64,000 nt of DNA. Source: Octopus vulgaris (taxonomy: Eukaryota). The stretch is taken from the NCBI GenBank assembly GCA_951406725.2, contig OX597819.1, forward strand, positions 7,564,001 through 7,628,000, written 5' to 3'. Position 1 is the first letter of the stretch. The number at the start of each line of letters is the position of its first letter. Shown here one piece after another: positions 62,019 through 64,000 of the stretch. A program made the position numbers and the translations under genes. The notes under the pieces are model-generated. The model was not told the origin of the DNA and did no database searches. It worked only from the letters and a program-made list of their open reading frames with translations.

Positions 62019-62521
62019 ATGATTAAATGTCAGGAAAGTGTTTTTTTTTCCTTTTGAACATTTATCTTTGTTCTGTACTGGTTACGTCCCTTGAATATTA
62101 ATCCATCTTTCAGTGTATCAAACAGGCCAGACAATTATATAAAAAAGCACGTTAATGTTGGTTGCAAAACGGCATTGCACCGAATCACATTAGGAGTTTG
62201 CTTTTAGGTAGAGTTGTCTAAAAGTATCTCGATATCTAAATGTGTTTGTATAATGATACAGAATTAAATGTAAACGATCATCTATCAACTAATATGAATG
62301 GAACGACAAATGTTTAAACTTTAGAGTTACCTACCTTGGACTGATATTTCAGACCTGTTTCCAGTTAGCTTGTTTTATTTTAGACAAAGAAAATCTGCTA
62401 ATTGAGTTTATTAGAAAAGGGAGAAACTTGTTCTATTGATAAATATTTAGTCTTAAATAATTTGCTGCCTTCAGAAAGAAGGCCAGCAATTTCGGAGGTG
62501 GCGGGAAGTCAATTACATCGG

Positions 62522-62776
62522 ACTTGTGAAAGGTAAGAGAGTCCAGTTTGCTGGACATTGTTGTAGAGCTGAAAAAGAGGTAATTTCTACTCTTCTCCTC
62601 TGGAAGCCATCTACTCGCAATACCAGAGGGTGCACACTCTCCTAACCCTGATGTAATCTCCAGGGATACAGGCATCCAGCAACAGGACCTCCGTAATGCC
62701 ATGATGGACCGTGAAGTCTGGCGTAGCATGGTAAATTCCATTGTCTCGACCACGGTCGAACAATGATGATGATGAT
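62522..62776 (+). mobile_element. RTE-like LINE 3' end (second family) inside an old SINE-C
   Basis: RVQFAGHCCRAEKE...LLLWKP...AMMDREVWR followed by (GAT)n. Confidence 0.75.
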
Positions 62777-63515
62777 GTACTTTATCGACCCTGAAAGGAG
62801 GAAATGCAGTCGACCTTGGCAGTATTTGAACATAGAACATAAAGTTAGATAAACTGCCACTAAGCATTTTACCCTGTGTGCTAATGATTCTGCCAGCTCA
62901 CTGCCTTAGCATATAATAATAAATTAGGTAGATGTAATTGTTTGGAAATATGATACTCAGAAAAAACATTGTTTAATCCTCTAGGAGGCAGCACTGATAG
63001 TTTTGATACAAAGCTAGCCATTGATTTCATATTTCATTAAATGGAAAAGTTAGGTATATTACTAAATCCTTCCAAATTAAGTTTTTGGAGTGGTTGCGTG
63101 GTTAGACGTTTGCTTCCCAACCACATAGTTCTGGGTTCAGTCCCACTGCATGGCACTTTGGGTAAGTATCTTCTGCTATAGCACTTTGTGCCAACCAAAG
63201 CCTTGTGAGTGGATTTGACAGATGGAAATTGAAAGAAGCTTGTCATGTGTGCATGTGTCTGTCTTCTTGCTCTGACACAACATAGTAGTTGTAAACAAAT
63301 GCCACTGTTTTGCAAGGGGTGGCCATCATTTCTAATCTTTCATGAAAACATGTCCGATCTTGTGGGGTGGGAGGGAGGGAATCTTACCACAGAAAATTCA
63401 CCTCAACAAATTCCGCCTGACTCCTGTGCATAGAAAAGTGGATGTTAAAACAATGGTGATGAGGATTATATTAACTAAACCTTAGAACTGTCTGTTTCAT
63501 AATAAAAACATGGAT

Positions 63516-63926
63516 AGGCGCAGGAGTGGCTGTGTGGTAAGTAGCTTGCTAACCAACCACATGGTTCCGGGTTCAGTCCCACTGCGTGGCATCTTGGGCA
63601 AGTGTCTTCTGCTATAGCCCCGGGCCGACCAATGCCTTGTGAGTGGATTTGGTAGACGGAAACTGAAAGAAGCCTGTCGTATATATGTATATATATATAT
63701 ATATGTGTGTGTGTTTGTGTGTCTGTGTTTGTCCCCCTAGCATTGCTTGACAACCAATGCTGGTGTGTTTACGTCCCTGTCACTTAGCGGTTCAACAAAA
63801 GAGACCGATAGAATAAGTACTGTGCTTACAAAAAGAATAAGTCCCGGGGTCGATTTGATCGACTAAATGCGGTGCTCCAGCATGGCCGCAGTCAAATGAC
63901 TGAAACAAGTAAATAAGGAAAAGAGT
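63516..63926 (+). mobile_element. SINE family A
   Basis: Full-length match. Confidence 0.9.
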
Positions 63927-64000
63927 ATACAACAGGGTTTGGGCTTCACTGAGGAAGTGACCAGGGACCAGGAGATGTAGTGATTTGCTGTACTTCATAA

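Overview
AT-rich, repeat-dense animal genomic DNA. The SINE, Helitron and microsatellite content looks like Octopus (cephalopod); this is inferred from repeat recognition, not from a database search. The window is the middle of one large + strand gene for a laminin beta chain (LAMB1/LanB1-like). I traced 21 GT-AG exons from 5945 to 61578 (3,676 coding nt) with consistent phases. They encode LE (laminin-EGF) repeats, the beta-type L4/LF domain, more LE repeats, coiled coil, the Cys/Gly-rich L-beta knob and further coiled coil. The 5' (LN) and 3' ends lie outside the window. Introns are filled with tRNA-derived SINEs, 5'-truncated RTE-type LINEs, non-autonomous Helitrons, TTAA piggyBac-type MITEs, one piggyBac deletion derivative and microsatellites. 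Most listed ORFs are repeat artefacts. Best leads: minimal hammerhead-ribozyme-like motifs (one with a G3/C8 swapped core inside a fold-back element), a long palindrome with a perfect 60-bp core, a 39-bp satellite expanding inside a Helitron, a 44-bp templated insertion at a LINE deletion breakpoint, and a Cys-flanked RGD in the laminin knob. Exon boundaries were counted base by base; repeat boundaries are approximate.
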